From the IMG/VR virus record IMGVR_UViG_3300045594_000287, positions 1-64,000 of that record: 64,000 nt of DNA; one strand, 5' to 3'. Positions 15,352 to 26,291 of the stretch are shown piece after piece. The DNA is from a virus. Lineage: Duplodnaviria; Caudoviricetes. The stretch's first letter is position 1, and each line of letters starts with the position of its first letter. A program made the translations under genes and the position numbers. Below the pieces are notes generated by a model. That model was not told the DNA's origin and made no database searches. It worked only from the letters and a program-made list of their open reading frames with translations.

Positions 15352-17120
15352 TGGCAAAATTATCACCAGTACAACAAGCAAAACTCAGAAAAATAATGGC
15401 TGACCCAGTTCTATGGGCTAAGGCATTCTTAGTTTCAAACGATGCGCAGACAAAAAAGATGGGCCCGTGGCAGGCTCGTGATTACCAGGAAGAGATGCTT
15501 CACGATAAATCACTTCGTAAGGTATACCGCTGCGGTCGTCGTACTGGTAAATCAGAGACGATGGTTGTTGAAGGTATGCATAAGGCATTCACGAACAAGA
15601 TGTTCCGCGTTCTGTACGTTACCCCGTATGAGAACCAGGTCAATCTGCTCTTCATGCGCATGCGTGAGCTGATTCACGACTCGCCTCTCATCAAACGAGA
15701 GGTAGTCAAAATGAAGAACTCTCCATATACGATCGAATTCAGCAATGGATCCGTAATCATGGGTTTCACGACCGGTGCATCATCGGGATCCGGCGCAGCA
15801 TCAATCCGTGGTCAACGAGCCGATTGGTTGATGCTTGACGAGTTGGACTACATGGGCGAGTCAGATTACTCTACGGTCGCAATGATCGCCGGCGAGCGTG
15901 CTGATATTGGTATCACTGCTTCCTCTACCCCAACTGGTAAACGAGGAACGTTCTATAAGATGTGCACGGATGCGAAGATGGGTTACCAGGAGCACTATCA
16001 TCCATCAATGCACAACCCGAACTGGTGTCAGGAAATGGAAGACCAGTTCAGATCAGAGCTTACACCGTCACAGTACGATCATGAGATCCTCGCCATATTC
16101 GGTACAGAGGAATCTGGTGTATTCGATAAAGACAAAGTCGACCTTGCATCAAGAACAGATTGGTATACCTATGATAAGTTGAGCGAAACGCAGCTCAGAC
16201 AGCTTGACGGCAAGAAAGAACCAGCATATCTCGATTATTCTTATGAAAACCCCGCCCCTCTCAACCCGTTTCGCTGTATAGGCGTTGATTGGGACCAATT
16301 TCAAGCGAGTAGTTCAATAATTGTTTTGGATTACGACATTAAAAGAAAAGTCTTCAGAGTAATAAAGAGAGTAGAAGTTCCGCGTGCGGAGTACACGATC
16401 GATAATGCGGTCAACTGGGTTATCCGGATGAATCACATCTATAACCCCTCCTGGATCTTCTGCGACCGTGGATACGGAGACTACCAGATTGAACGTCTTC
16501 ATATCTATGGGGATCAACATCCGTCGTCAGGTTTGAAGAACAAAGTAATTGGTTATCAGTTCAAGAACACTTTGGACATCATGGATCCGATTACTCAAGT
16601 CATCACGAAAGAGCCGATGAAGCCATTCATGGTAAATCAGCTCGTTATGGCATTCGACCGGCAGCGGCTTATCCTCTCCCCTTTCGACGAGACTCTTCAT
16701 AAACAGCTTATCGACTATTGTGTCGAAAGAATTTCCCAGAGCGGACAGCCGGTATATACATCCGTAAACGAGCATTTTGTGGATGCACTCGGTCTCGCCT
16801 ATCTGGCATTCGTTTTGAAGTTCCCAGATATCACGCGCGCAATTAAGCGTCCGCAGATTACTTCGAAAATGGAGCACTCCTCAGTACAGCTTGGAATGTC
16901 AAAAGCCAACGTTGCATTGAGGGAAATTTCATCACCCACGGCAAACCCTTGGAAAAAACGAGACAACTACGTACAGGCCGGCAAAGGTCCGAACGAACGT
17001 CGCGGAGATTACCAACAATGGGTTCACGTACCTCTTACTTCAGCAAGGCCATCGTCTAGTGGCGGTTCTAGCTGGGGTGCACGTTCCGGAATGGGAACTG
17101 GAGGCCGTTCAATGTGGTAG
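15351..17120 (+). CDS. terL: Terminase large subunit
   Basis: YQ adenine-binding motif, GRRTGKS Walker A, MLDE Walker B, STP motif III, RNase H-like nuclease GVDW...D...HFVDAL. Confidence 0.95.
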   Translation: MAKLSPVQQAKLRKIMADPVLWAKAFLVSNDAQTKKMGPWQARDYQEEMLHDKSLRKVYRCGRRTGKSETMVVEGMHKAFTNKMFRVLYVTPYENQVNLLFMRMRELIHDSPLIKREVVKMKNSPYTIEFSNGSVIMGFTTGASSGSGAASIRGQRADWLMLDELDYMGESDYSTVAMIAGERADIGITASSTPTGKRGTFYKMCTDAKMGYQEHYHPSMHNPNWCQEMEDQFRSELTPSQYDHEILAIFGTEESGVFDKDKVDLASRTDWYTYDKLSETQLRQLDGKKEPAYLDYSYENPAPLNPFRCIGVDWDQFQASSSIIVLDYDIKRKVFRVIKRVEVPRAEYTIDNAVNWVIRMNHIYNPSWIFCDRGYGDYQIERLHIYGDQHPSSGLKNKVIGYQFKNTLDIMDPITQVITKEPMKPFMVNQLVMAFDRQRLILSPFDETLHKQLIDYCVERISQSGQPVYTSVNEHFVDALGLAYLAFVLKFPDITRAIKRPQITSKMEHSSVQLGMSKANVALREISSPTANPWKKRDNYVQAGKGPNERRGDYQQWVHVPLTSARPSSSGGSSWGARSGMGTGGRSMW

Positions 17121-17161
17121 TATCGGGAACTCTCCCGCCCGATTCTATATATCCCCTTTCT

Positions 17162-17202
17162 AAAGGACGCTAAGTTTCTCCCCTCCGCTTAGCGTCCTTT
17201 TT
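17162..17202 (+). terminator. Intrinsic terminator after terL
   Basis: AAAGGACGCTAAG/CTTAGCGTCCTTT plus T run. Confidence 0.8.
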
Positions 17203-17234
17203 ATATCCTGATTTTTACAAGGAGTTGAATACCA

Positions 17235-19148
17235 ATGGAAGACAGTAAAAAAAATGACTTACTGTATGTGCCGGTGCTTAAACCTGATAGGACATATCGG
17301 TCCGATGCAGAGTTTATAGAAGAAGTCGAGGATGATATTCCACCAATCCCCGATGAACCAGCCAAAAATACACCGGCACAAATATATCATGATTTTGAAG
17401 AAGTGCAGGATCTTATCCCGGACTTCCCAGAAATAAAGAAGAGCATCGAACTGCTGAAAAAACGCCTTATGATAGCATTCCCAGATGGGAGTACACCAGA
17501 ACCTCATAAGCGGGACGTAATCGCTCCTAAAAGTACTAAAATACCAGAAATAAACTTTATATCCGATATTCCAAAGGAAACTAACCCCGGGGTGAATAAT
17601 CTTCCGAATATGTTCCCGTCAACAACAAATATTGCGTTAAAAGTTGTAAGCCCCAGAACTTTGGTCCAGATTATTCAAGATGGATATGACACTGACCAAG
17701 TTAACCTGCAAAACTACTATTTGCAGCAGCTGCAGCTTATCATTCAGAAATACTTCCAGGAAATGTTGATGGTTATGGCAGAATGCGGAGTAGAAAATAT
17801 TGATAATCTAACAAAAAAATTTGACGGAGACACTGTGGAAGTAAGTGATCCAAATCTTGGGCATCTTCGTGATCATATTGTAAGATCTCAAATCATTCGC
17901 GACCAAAAGAAACGTTACATGAAGAAAACCCATAATGTCGACCAAACAATGATGCATATGCGCGCCTGGCACATCGCTAAAGAAGAGCGCGTGAAATATT
18001 ATGGCGAGAAATATGGAGATTCTGGCTCTTACCTCGATTCTCACTCAAATGGATTATTGAGAGAAAATCGTTCTTCTCATGATCAAAAATACTCTGACGC
18101 ATTATATAACATGTACAAATACTTGAATTCATCAATCTCATTGATGGATGACATCTTGTCAATGACCGTAAAGGAAGCTCAGGCAAAAGGAAAGCTTCTT
18201 AATGCCGGAGTTAAGATATACGAATCGGCGGAAACCAAGGAGGCCGAGGAGGATGCAGCACGCGAGAAGGCCGAAGAAGCAAAAGAAGAAGAGAATGAAA
18301 AGACACTGAATTCTCAGAAGCAGCTTAGCATGACTGGAGAAGAGATCAAGAAAGGTAATCATATCGATCTTGACGGTAATCCAATCGATCAGCCTGATTC
18401 CGCAGCTGCTAACAAAACAACAGATGCCGGAACGACAGACGATAAAACTGACGATGCGAAGAGTACAGATAGTAGCAAAACTGGTAATACTGACAATGGA
18501 ACGGCTGCAAAAACAGACACTACTACAGCTGCGCAGTCACAACAATTAGCTAAAGATGCTTTAGACAAAGTAAAAAGCGGAAAAGCCAGTGATCTTATTG
18601 GTATGCTTAGTGGTGGCATAGATAGCAGCGGTGCAGGGTGCTTGGGTGGCCATGATTTTGGCGACCTAAGCAAAATTACATCTCCATCTTCTGCCGCGAT
18701 CAGCAGCTCGAATGATCCAAATAGACTGGAAAAAGCCGAAGAAAGCGATGCGAAAGCAAAAGCCGACAAAGAACAGCAAGATGCTGAGAACAAGAGGAAG
18801 CAGGAAGAAGCTGAAGAAAGCAAACGAGAGGCAGCGGCTTATCAAGAACGCCTTAAACAGAGAGACGAAGTCAGAAATACATGGAAAGCGTCGCCTGAAT
18901 ATCAGCAATACCAGCAGGTAAAAGCCGAAGCAGACTCAATGGCCGGCAGAATGGCCACGAATCTGAGGAATGCTACATCTAAGTATAAGGCCGAGCACGG
19001 ATGTGCGCCGAATGAATCATGGTTTAGCTCAGATGAAGCGGAAAGTAAATATGGGTTAGACAGATCATTGCAAGAAAGATATCAAGAGCTTCGTAGGAAG
19101 GAAGCAAGCCTGTATTCAAGCAGCATGGATAAATATCAAGCATGGTGA
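17235..19148 (+). CDS. Hypothetical protein (637 aa), helical N-domain and low-complexity C-terminal half
   Basis: AAGGAG RBS; long ORF between terL and portal. Confidence 0.8.
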   Translation: MEDSKKNDLLYVPVLKPDRTYRSDAEFIEEVEDDIPPIPDEPAKNTPAQIYHDFEEVQDLIPDFPEIKKSIELLKKRLMIAFPDGSTPEPHKRDVIAPKSTKIPEINFISDIPKETNPGVNNLPNMFPSTTNIALKVVSPRTLVQIIQDGYDTDQVNLQNYYLQQLQLIIQKYFQEMLMVMAECGVENIDNLTKKFDGDTVEVSDPNLGHLRDHIVRSQIIRDQKKRYMKKTHNVDQTMMHMRAWHIAKEERVKYYGEKYGDSGSYLDSHSNGLLRENRSSHDQKYSDALYNMYKYLNSSISLMDDILSMTVKEAQAKGKLLNAGVKIYESAETKEAEEDAAREKAEEAKEEENEKTLNSQKQLSMTGEEIKKGNHIDLDGNPIDQPDSAAANKTTDAGTTDDKTDDAKSTDSSKTGNTDNGTAAKTDTTTAAQSQQLAKDALDKVKSGKASDLIGMLSGGIDSSGAGCLGGHDFGDLSKITSPSSAAISSSNDPNRLEKAEESDAKAKADKEQQDAENKRKQEEAEESKREAAAYQERLKQRDEVRNTWKASPEYQQYQQVKAEADSMAGRMATNLRNATSKYKAEHGCAPNESWFSSDEAESKYGLDRSLQERYQELRRKEASLYSSSMDKYQAW

Positions 19149-19158
19149 GAGGCATAGT

Positions 19159-21267
19159 ATGAAACTTATAGAAAATATAAAAACTGCATTGGGGCTCAGT
19201 ATCCCCAACAACACGAAGCCAAAAAAAGTAATCACCGAAGCCACGGGAAGTACTTCGGGGCAGATCTCTCAAGCAAACATCAAGAATTTTGTAGTAAAGG
19301 CTGTCGGTAACGTCAGTGAAGGCTCAAATGGTGATTTTACCTCTTCTTCTTACGATCTGAGCGAGATTAAGGATGCAATCGCTGCAGATTCCTACATTAA
19401 GCTGGCCATAACGAAATATAGCCAGTTGGTTTTCAAGGCCGGCTACAATATCGTCAGCCAGAACGATGCTGCGGCTGAATACATCAGATCCCGCTTCAGA
19501 ATGATGGGATTCATGACAGGAACCCCTATGGATGTCGTCCTTCAGCAGGTTGCTGATGACCTTGTCTCCTACTCCAACGCCTTTCTTGTTAAAAGCCGTG
19601 TCGATATGACAAATATCGGCGGCTTACAGGCAAAAGGTATCCTAGACACGAAACCAGTAGGCGGATATTTCCGCGTAGACCCATCAACGGTACAGATCAA
19701 GACAGACAAGACCGGTACAATCAAACAGTACCAGCAGCAGTCCGGACAGAACACCACGAAGTTCAAGCCGACGGATGTCATTCATATCTATATGGATAAG
19801 CAGGGCGGCGAGCTCTTCGGAACCCCTCGTATCGTCGCTGCGATGGAAGACGTAAAACTCTTACGGAAAATCGAAGGTAATGTCCTGACACTGATCTATC
19901 GTTTCGCCATTCCTCTCTATCAGATGAAGATTGGCCTGCCTGAAGCCGGCTTTATGGCTACCGACCAGGAAATTACGGATGCAAAGAATGAAGTAGAGAA
20001 GCTGGCAAGCGATGGTATCCTCGTAACTAACGAAAGAACGGAATTCGATGCGATTGGTGCAGAAGGGACGGCTCTCGACGCTACAGGATACCTGAATTAC
20101 TTCGAAAAGCGCGTTTTTGCTGCTCTGAATATGTCTGAAGCTATGATGGGACGCGGCGGAGCTAAACAGGATGCTGATTCCATGGAACAGCAGATCCACG
20201 ACTCTGTTAAATACTTCCAGCGCACTCTTGAGATCTTCATTGAAGAGAAGCTGATAAATGAGCTGCTTCTTGAGGGCGGATATAACCCAATCATGAATGA
20301 GCAGGACATCGTACAGTTCCAGTTCGAGGAAATCGACCTCGATACTAAGGTGAAGATGGAAAGCCATGCAATGAATCAGTTCCAGGGCAATGCAATCCCG
20401 TTCGAAGAGATGCGTACACAGCTTGGCCAGCGTGCAGACAATGTCGACGAGTCGAGACTGTACGACAATATGATCAAGCAGCCTAATGCATTGGCGCTCG
20501 TCAACGCCAAACTCTCGCAGAGCGGAACAGGATCTGCCTCGGCCAATACCGGCACTTCCGGTCCATCGAAAACGAAAACGACAAATGGTACGATCAAGAA
20601 TACCATGCAGCCTAGGAATCAGCATGGAACGACTACGGCCAACATCAAGGAGTCGTTTTTAGACCTGAAAGAGTCTTCTACACAGTCAAACATCGATAAG
20701 TACAAGAAAAATTTCCCATCTGTGTTCAAAAAGTATACGACAACGCGTAATGATGTATGTGAACATGGCGTTAAAGCTTATGTAGCACTGCCTCTTGCAC
20801 GAGATAGCATTGTGAAAGAGCTTAAAAGTCAGGTTGCGTTTGAAGCCCAAGGCGGCATACAGAAAGCTCTGAAAGACAGCGGTAAAAAACCGGATGCTCT
20901 CAGGAAAGTATCACTAAAACTGATTAACGACAAAATAGAGACTGTTACTACAAACATGTTTAAGGATATCCGAAAACGTTTGAATACCGCAAAGACTTAT
21001 GAAGATCGCGAAGCGGCCTTTAACGCTGTCGAGTATCGAATGAGATTCTTATGCGAGGAAATCATTTCTAAGGCTCGTTGGTTTGGTTATGTGAAAGCTT
21101 GTAGCCAACTTGGCATTGACCAGGTTTATGTGAACTTTGGAAAGAGTGATGACAATGAGACTCACGATGCCATCGTTCATACAAATAAATTTAGCCTGGA
21201 CGACATTCCCGCTTTTCATGCGTACTGTACGTGTAAAATCGGACTCGAAAAGGCAGGTGATAAGTAA
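19159..21267 (+). CDS. Portal protein with C-terminal MuF/gp7-like extension
   Basis: Position before the protease; portal-like NAFL..., DVIHI...LFGTP, ALNMSEAMMG, FEEMR..LG; terminal PAFHAYCTC resembles the MuF PxHxxCRC motif. Confidence 0.85.
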   Translation: MKLIENIKTALGLSIPNNTKPKKVITEATGSTSGQISQANIKNFVVKAVGNVSEGSNGDFTSSSYDLSEIKDAIAADSYIKLAITKYSQLVFKAGYNIVSQNDAAAEYIRSRFRMMGFMTGTPMDVVLQQVADDLVSYSNAFLVKSRVDMTNIGGLQAKGILDTKPVGGYFRVDPSTVQIKTDKTGTIKQYQQQSGQNTTKFKPTDVIHIYMDKQGGELFGTPRIVAAMEDVKLLRKIEGNVLTLIYRFAIPLYQMKIGLPEAGFMATDQEITDAKNEVEKLASDGILVTNERTEFDAIGAEGTALDATGYLNYFEKRVFAALNMSEAMMGRGGAKQDADSMEQQIHDSVKYFQRTLEIFIEEKLINELLLEGGYNPIMNEQDIVQFQFEEIDLDTKVKMESHAMNQFQGNAIPFEEMRTQLGQRADNVDESRLYDNMIKQPNALALVNAKLSQSGTGSASANTGTSGPSKTKTTNGTIKNTMQPRNQHGTTTANIKESFLDLKESSTQSNIDKYKKNFPSVFKKYTTTRNDVCEHGVKAYVALPLARDSIVKELKSQVAFEAQGGIQKALKDSGKKPDALRKVSLKLINDKIETVTTNMFKDIRKRLNTAKTYEDREAAFNAVEYRMRFLCEEIISKARWFGYVKACSQLGIDQVYVNFGKSDDNETHDAIVHTNKFSLDDIPAFHAYCTCKIGLEKAGDK

Positions 21268-22575
21268 ATGGCTTTGATGATCAGAGAAACTATTGACCAT
21301 GAAGATGCGAACGGATTCTTCTCGGAAGCAGCAAGTGAAAGCGTTCATTCCCTCGATTTAACCGAAGGAAGAAACGTCGAAGCAGATGAACCGATTGATC
21401 CGAACTCATTAATGGTCGAAATCGAAGGCATTCATGGTTATCCTCACGCAACGAGGAACTACACGCGTTACATGCCTGAATGCTTAATCGACAGTACACC
21501 ATCTTGGACGAAACCTTATCGCCGTCCTCTCATTAAACACCATAATGATAAAGATGGTGACATCATCGGCAGAGTGTGTGCTGCCGAGTATGTAACGAAG
21601 TCCGGACGTTCCAAAACGCCGGCGGTGAAATTCACCGTTAATGTTTCTGAAGAAGAAGCAAAAAAGGGCGTGAAAGATGGACGTCTCGACACGGTATCAA
21701 TCGGCGTTATCGCCACTGATGTCCGCTGCTCTATCTGCGGTAAGCAATTATCGGATGGAGACATGTGCGAACACGAACGTGGCATAGCATATCAAGTTGG
21801 TAACAAACTGAAGACATGCTACTGGGATATCTACAGTATGGAAGCCAAAGAGCTCAGTTATGTTATTGTTCCGTCGGATATATACGCAAAGAACAACAAA
21901 GTGTATCCGGCAACACAGTCAGGAGCTAAGCCTCAAATAACTGAAAGTCTCGATAATACTTTAACCAAAAAGGAGAATAAGACTATGGCAGAACCAAATG
22001 CTAACGCAGAGAAAGAGTTGGCAGAAGCTAAAACAAAGATCTCCGAACTCGATGCGAAAGTAAAAGAGCTCGAAGAGGCGAAAACTGCTTCTGACACGAA
22101 AATAACAGAGCTTACGGAAGCTAAGGCCGGCCTTGAAGGTCAGGTAACTGAGCTGACAGAAGCAAAGAAAACCCTTGAAGAGGGTGCAGAAGAAGCAAAG
22201 CAGCTCCGTGAGGGTCTCGAAACCGAGATTGCCGACACGAAGGCTAAGCTGAAAGAAAGTATGGTACAGACGCTGCAGGCTGTTCGTCTTGCTACTGGTA
22301 AGAAAGAGCTCGAAGCAGAGTCCGTGAAGAGCCGGACCGAAGATTCTATTCGCGATTCCATTATGGACCTGAAAGAGGAATTCTCGATCAAATTCAAGAA
22401 AGCGGCTGATCCGGTTATCCCGAAGCCGAATTCCGTACAGGACCCGACGATCACTGAAGGCGCAAAAGGCAATGACCAGAAGCTGAATGTTAAAGAGTCG
22501 AATACGGATAGTAATATCAATTTGAAAGATGCACTAGGCAGTCTGCTTACTGATACTTTCAACACGCATAAATAA
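21268..22575 (+). CDS. Prohead protease fused to a coiled-coil scaffold
   Basis: HN...IIGRV, TVSIG, CSICG..CEH insert, ELSYVIVPSD; heptad-rich C-terminal half. Confidence 0.85.
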   Translation: MALMIRETIDHEDANGFFSEAASESVHSLDLTEGRNVEADEPIDPNSLMVEIEGIHGYPHATRNYTRYMPECLIDSTPSWTKPYRRPLIKHHNDKDGDIIGRVCAAEYVTKSGRSKTPAVKFTVNVSEEEAKKGVKDGRLDTVSIGVIATDVRCSICGKQLSDGDMCEHERGIAYQVGNKLKTCYWDIYSMEAKELSYVIVPSDIYAKNNKVYPATQSGAKPQITESLDNTLTKKENKTMAEPNANAEKELAEAKTKISELDAKVKELEEAKTASDTKITELTEAKAGLEGQVTELTEAKKTLEEGAEEAKQLREGLETEIADTKAKLKESMVQTLQAVRLATGKKELEAESVKSRTEDSIRDSIMDLKEEFSIKFKKAADPVIPKPNSVQDPTITEGAKGNDQKLNVKESNTDSNINLKDALGSLLTDTFNTHK

Positions 22576-22589
22576 GGAGCTGAATTTTA

Positions 22590-24260
22590 ATGGCATTACA
22601 ATCTAATGACTTGACAGTAAATGAACGTCTGCAGCCTGGTGCTCGCGGCGAACAGTTCCAGGTAGACATGCCTGGGCACAGAAATGAAGGCGACCGCCTT
22701 AACCGTACCAACACGAAAATGGATTCGTCAGAGCATGACGTCCTGAACACGAAGTATGAATTCGATTATCGTCTTCCTACGCTGTTCCGTTATGGTTTCG
22801 CTTATGGCTTCAATCAGATCGTTATCCCGAAAGGCCGTATCGTCGCAGTCGACCAGCATATGGACCTCGTGGACTTTGAGTCTCAGAAGCAGTTCAATAC
22901 GCTGACTCTTGCGAATGGCGGCGCTCCAGTTCGTCTGCGTAAGGCAGAAGATAAGTACCGCGATGATAAGAAGGATAAAGTATCCCTCGTATCTGATGGC
23001 AAACAGGGTACTGCAGTACTGAATGCTGGTAAAGACTGGATCCCAGTTGTTGGCATGCAGGATGCTTACACGAAGAATGCTTATCGTCCGTTCTCGAAAC
23101 GTGTCGAGGCAGCTGGCGATACAAAAGCATCCGTAACGTTTGCTTCTCCTTCTGACCAGATGGTTGCTGCCGGCATGACGCTGAGCGATACGACTGGTAA
23201 GGTAATCGTTGGTGGTCAGGAAGTCAACAACTATCGTACGGGTAATGTTCCTCTCGGTATGATCGAGCGCAACGAGTACACTCGTGACGACGATGCTTTC
23301 AACGGCATCATGCCTGGCCCAGTTCTTACGGATGCACTCGTGGTATTCCCATGGTTCGCATATAAGGATAAGGCAGAGCAGAATCCGTGGGGCAGCGCAT
23401 ACGGCAATATCTTCCCGGGCGCACTGGTTAAATCCGATGAGAACGGCCGCGTAACGGTCTCCCCTCTCTCCTTCCCGGATGAAGTTGCTACGATGGGCAT
23501 GGCTGAGTATGAGCTCGAGCGTCAGCAGGTTATCGGCCAGGTTTACAGCGTAAACCATGAGCTCGTTCCTGAGGGTGCTGCTAAGTGGGCTACTTGGGCA
23601 CTTGAAGATCGTCTGAATTCTGAAGAATTCAACCCGGCAATCTACGCTAAGACGAACCGTCACGGCGAAGATGCTGTCAATGGTTCTCCGTTTAACAGCG
23701 AGGGCAAGTATCCTGGCTATCCGTACGACAAGAACTACCTGAAGCATGATCTACATATGCTGGCTTCCGCTGGTCGCAAAGACGACTATGATCCGCGCAT
23801 GAATCCTGAGTATCAGTACAGCGATCTCGGTATCCCGGGTCTGACTGATGGTGCAAACGCAGTTGTACGCGAAATTCCGATGACGCGTGCAGGCATGATC
23901 CACTATGCTGGCGGCAAAGATTACGTGAAGATGTTCTTCCGCGCAATCGAGGTCAACATGGAGGAAGGCAGCCTTCAGATCCAAGTTGGCAACGAAGCTG
24001 CAACGAACTGCGTGAAGGGTGCCAAGATCGGTGCAACCGGCCTTACGGTAACCTACGCTAACCCGAAACAGGGTCTCGTAGTTCTCGAGGTTCTCAATGC
24101 TGACGACAAGAAAGCAGCGGATACGTTCCTCAACACGGATGCTTACAAGGGCGGCTGCGAAGTCAAACTTGGTGGTAAGAAACGCGGCCAGGCTGGCGTT
24201 CCTACATTTATGGATTGGGATGGCATTTGCGGTTCCATTCAGGTTCTGTTCCAGAAGTAA
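22590..24260 (+). CDS. Head structural protein (decoration/minor capsid candidate)
   Basis: Between protease and MCP; codon usage like the MCP; VIPKGRIVA motif reminiscent of decoration proteins. Confidence 0.6.
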   Translation: MALQSNDLTVNERLQPGARGEQFQVDMPGHRNEGDRLNRTNTKMDSSEHDVLNTKYEFDYRLPTLFRYGFAYGFNQIVIPKGRIVAVDQHMDLVDFESQKQFNTLTLANGGAPVRLRKAEDKYRDDKKDKVSLVSDGKQGTAVLNAGKDWIPVVGMQDAYTKNAYRPFSKRVEAAGDTKASVTFASPSDQMVAAGMTLSDTTGKVIVGGQEVNNYRTGNVPLGMIERNEYTRDDDAFNGIMPGPVLTDALVVFPWFAYKDKAEQNPWGSAYGNIFPGALVKSDENGRVTVSPLSFPDEVATMGMAEYELERQQVIGQVYSVNHELVPEGAAKWATWALEDRLNSEEFNPAIYAKTNRHGEDAVNGSPFNSEGKYPGYPYDKNYLKHDLHMLASAGRKDDYDPRMNPEYQYSDLGIPGLTDGANAVVREIPMTRAGMIHYAGGKDYVKMFFRAIEVNMEEGSLQIQVGNEAATNCVKGAKIGATGLTVTYANPKQGLVVLEVLNADDKKAADTFLNTDAYKGGCEVKLGGKKRGQAGVPTFMDWDGICGSIQVLFQK

Positions 24261-24266
24261 TGATGC

Positions 24267-24289
24267 GCGGGGGCGTGTCCCCCGCTTTT
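24267..24289 (+). terminator. Hairpin/weak terminator before the MCP
   Basis: GCGGGGG/CCCCCGC plus TTTT. Confidence 0.55.
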
Positions 24290-24334
24290 ACTCTAATTGT
24301 TATCTCAAACGAATAAATAAGGAGGCAATATGCT

Positions 24335-25615
24335 ATGCCAAAGTCCATTACGGAAACTTTAAATAACATCATCAAGCTGCGCAATGTAGCACAGAAACAG
24401 CTCCAGGAGGGCAAGAAGCCGGACGTTGCTCCGGGCGCTTTCGACCTTATGGAGAAAATGATCAGAAATATCAACGGTGACTATTCTCATGGCCGCACGA
24501 GCATTCAGGAAGGTCTTACTTCCACGGATGTTGTGCAGCTCATCCCGAAGGTTATCGAGGGTCAGCTGCGTGAGGCAGCAGAGCCGGAGTATCTGGCTAC
24601 GCGCTTCATGAACACGATCCATGTCGATGGCGGCAATTCCGCAGTATATGTTATCCCAGTCGTGGGCGAGCTCTTCGCACACGAAGTCGGTGAAGGCACG
24701 AGATATCGTGAAGAGTCTGTTGACTTCAACACGGTTGAGAACGGTCAGCTCGAGGTTCGGGTGAAGAAGATCGGTCTCAAAGTGAAGATCACCGAGGAAG
24801 CTATCACGGATTCCAGCTGGGACATCTACGGCATCAACGTTCGCAAGATGGGCCAGGCAATGGGTCGCTATAAAGAAGAGTGGTGCTTCAACAGCTTCTC
24901 CGATCACGGTACGGTTGTATTTGATAACAACCTCCGCGCTCAGATGCCGGAAGCAGGTACTCAGGGCCGTGCAGCAGACGGTTCGCTCAATGATACGATG
25001 ACGGTTGAGGATTTCCTGGACCTCGTGCTCGGCCTTATGGGCAACGACATGACTCCGACGGACATCATCATGCATCCGCTGACTTGGGTTATCTTTGCTC
25101 GTAACTCCATGATTGGTAACGGCCTGACGTACGGCGCTTTCGGTGCTTCTCAAGTACATCCATGGGGCGCTACTCAGGGTACTCCGGGCTTTGCAGGTTT
25201 GCAGGCTGACGAAGGCCCGCAGAAGCTGATCATGACGCCGGATCAGGTGCAGAATCGTCTGCCGATGCCGATGCAGATCAACTTCTCCCCGTTTGTCCAT
25301 TTCGACAAAGTCAACAAGAAATTCGATATGTACTGCATCGATCGCAGCAACGTCGGCGTTATTGTCGAAAAAGAAGGCCTGTCAACGGATAACTGGACTG
25401 ATCCAGAACGTGACATGCGCCTGCTGAAGTGCAAAGAGCGCTATGGCGTAGGTATCACGAATAATGGTCGCGGTATCACGGTTGCTCGCAACCTCGCAGT
25501 TGCTCCGACGTATCCGGTTGCTCCGACAGTCAATGTCAACCTTCCGATCGCTGGCGCTACGGCTACGGGTCAGGCTTCCATCACTGGTGGCTCGACGAAC
25601 ACTCCGAAAGCCTAA
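24335..25615 (+). CDS. Major capsid protein (HK97 fold)
   Basis: LIP.VI, EVGEG, KKIG..V.ITEEAI.DS, PTDIIMHP, KERYGVG; strong RBS. Confidence 0.9.
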   Translation: MPKSITETLNNIIKLRNVAQKQLQEGKKPDVAPGAFDLMEKMIRNINGDYSHGRTSIQEGLTSTDVVQLIPKVIEGQLREAAEPEYLATRFMNTIHVDGGNSAVYVIPVVGELFAHEVGEGTRYREESVDFNTVENGQLEVRVKKIGLKVKITEEAITDSSWDIYGINVRKMGQAMGRYKEEWCFNSFSDHGTVVFDNNLRAQMPEAGTQGRAADGSLNDTMTVEDFLDLVLGLMGNDMTPTDIIMHPLTWVIFARNSMIGNGLTYGAFGASQVHPWGATQGTPGFAGLQADEGPQKLIMTPDQVQNRLPMPMQINFSPFVHFDKVNKKFDMYCIDRSNVGVIVEKEGLSTDNWTDPERDMRLLKCKERYGVGITNNGRGITVARNLAVAPTYPVAPTVNVNLPIAGATATGQASITGGSTNTPKA

Positions 25616-25627
25616 GTTTTGATATTA

Positions 25628-25658
25628 GGGCGGCTAACATACAGCCGCCTTTTTATTT
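25628..25658 (+). terminator. Intrinsic terminator after the MCP
   Basis: GGCGGCT/AGCCGCC plus T run. Confidence 0.8.
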
Positions 25659-25698
25659 GACCTAAACTCTTCATTTTGTAGAAAGAAGGATATTTATC

Positions 25699-26274
25699 AT
25701 GTCTAAAGCAATTGCAACGATTAAATTGATGCCTGGCCAGGGAGGCTATTTTGATGAGCTCAGCAGAATCCATCTTACAGTTGGTGCCCCTACCGCTCAG
25801 ATCTTCGAAGGTACGAATACGTCTCATATTCGTAATTCGATCAAATCTGGCCGTATTCAGCTGCTGAACGGTACGCTTGGCCCGGATCCGGCTCCATTCA
25901 AGCTGGTTCGTCATGGTGATCAGTATGTACTGGCTCCGAATACGGTAAGCAGCATCAAAAAAGAAGTGAAGGCTGCCGTGAAAGAAAAGATGCCGAAAGA
26001 ATACAAGGATGCCGATGAGGCTTCCGAGCAGAAGGAAATTGCGAAGGAAGTCCATAAAGAAGTCATCGAAAAACTCAAAGAAGAGGTCGATGGCAACAAA
26101 GATGTACGAAAAGAAGTAAAGAAGGAAGTAGACAAGTTGGCCGGAGACGAAGTGAAGAAGGCCGCCGAGAAGCTTGCCGTCAAGGAAGAGAAAGCTGCTG
26201 AGAAAAAAGAAGAAGCTCACAAAGAGCAGCCGAAACAGGGCAAGAAAAAGGCAAACGGCAAATCTGCTAAATAA
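25699..26274 (+). CDS. Hypothetical protein with Lys/Glu-rich C-terminus
   Basis: RBS; position after the MCP. Confidence 0.75.
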   Translation: MSKAIATIKLMPGQGGYFDELSRIHLTVGAPTAQIFEGTNTSHIRNSIKSGRIQLLNGTLGPDPAPFKLVRHGDQYVLAPNTVSSIKKEVKAAVKEKMPKEYKDADEASEQKEIAKEVHKEVIEKLKEEVDGNKDVRKEVKKEVDKLAGDEVKKAAEKLAVKEEKAAEKKEEAHKEQPKQGKKKANGKSAK

Positions 26275-26291
26275 GGAAAGTAGGTGCGATT

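Noticed and set aside
15351-17120. Intein or intron in the terminase or other large genes
   Set aside because: Normal TerL length; no intein or homing-endonuclease signatures noticed.
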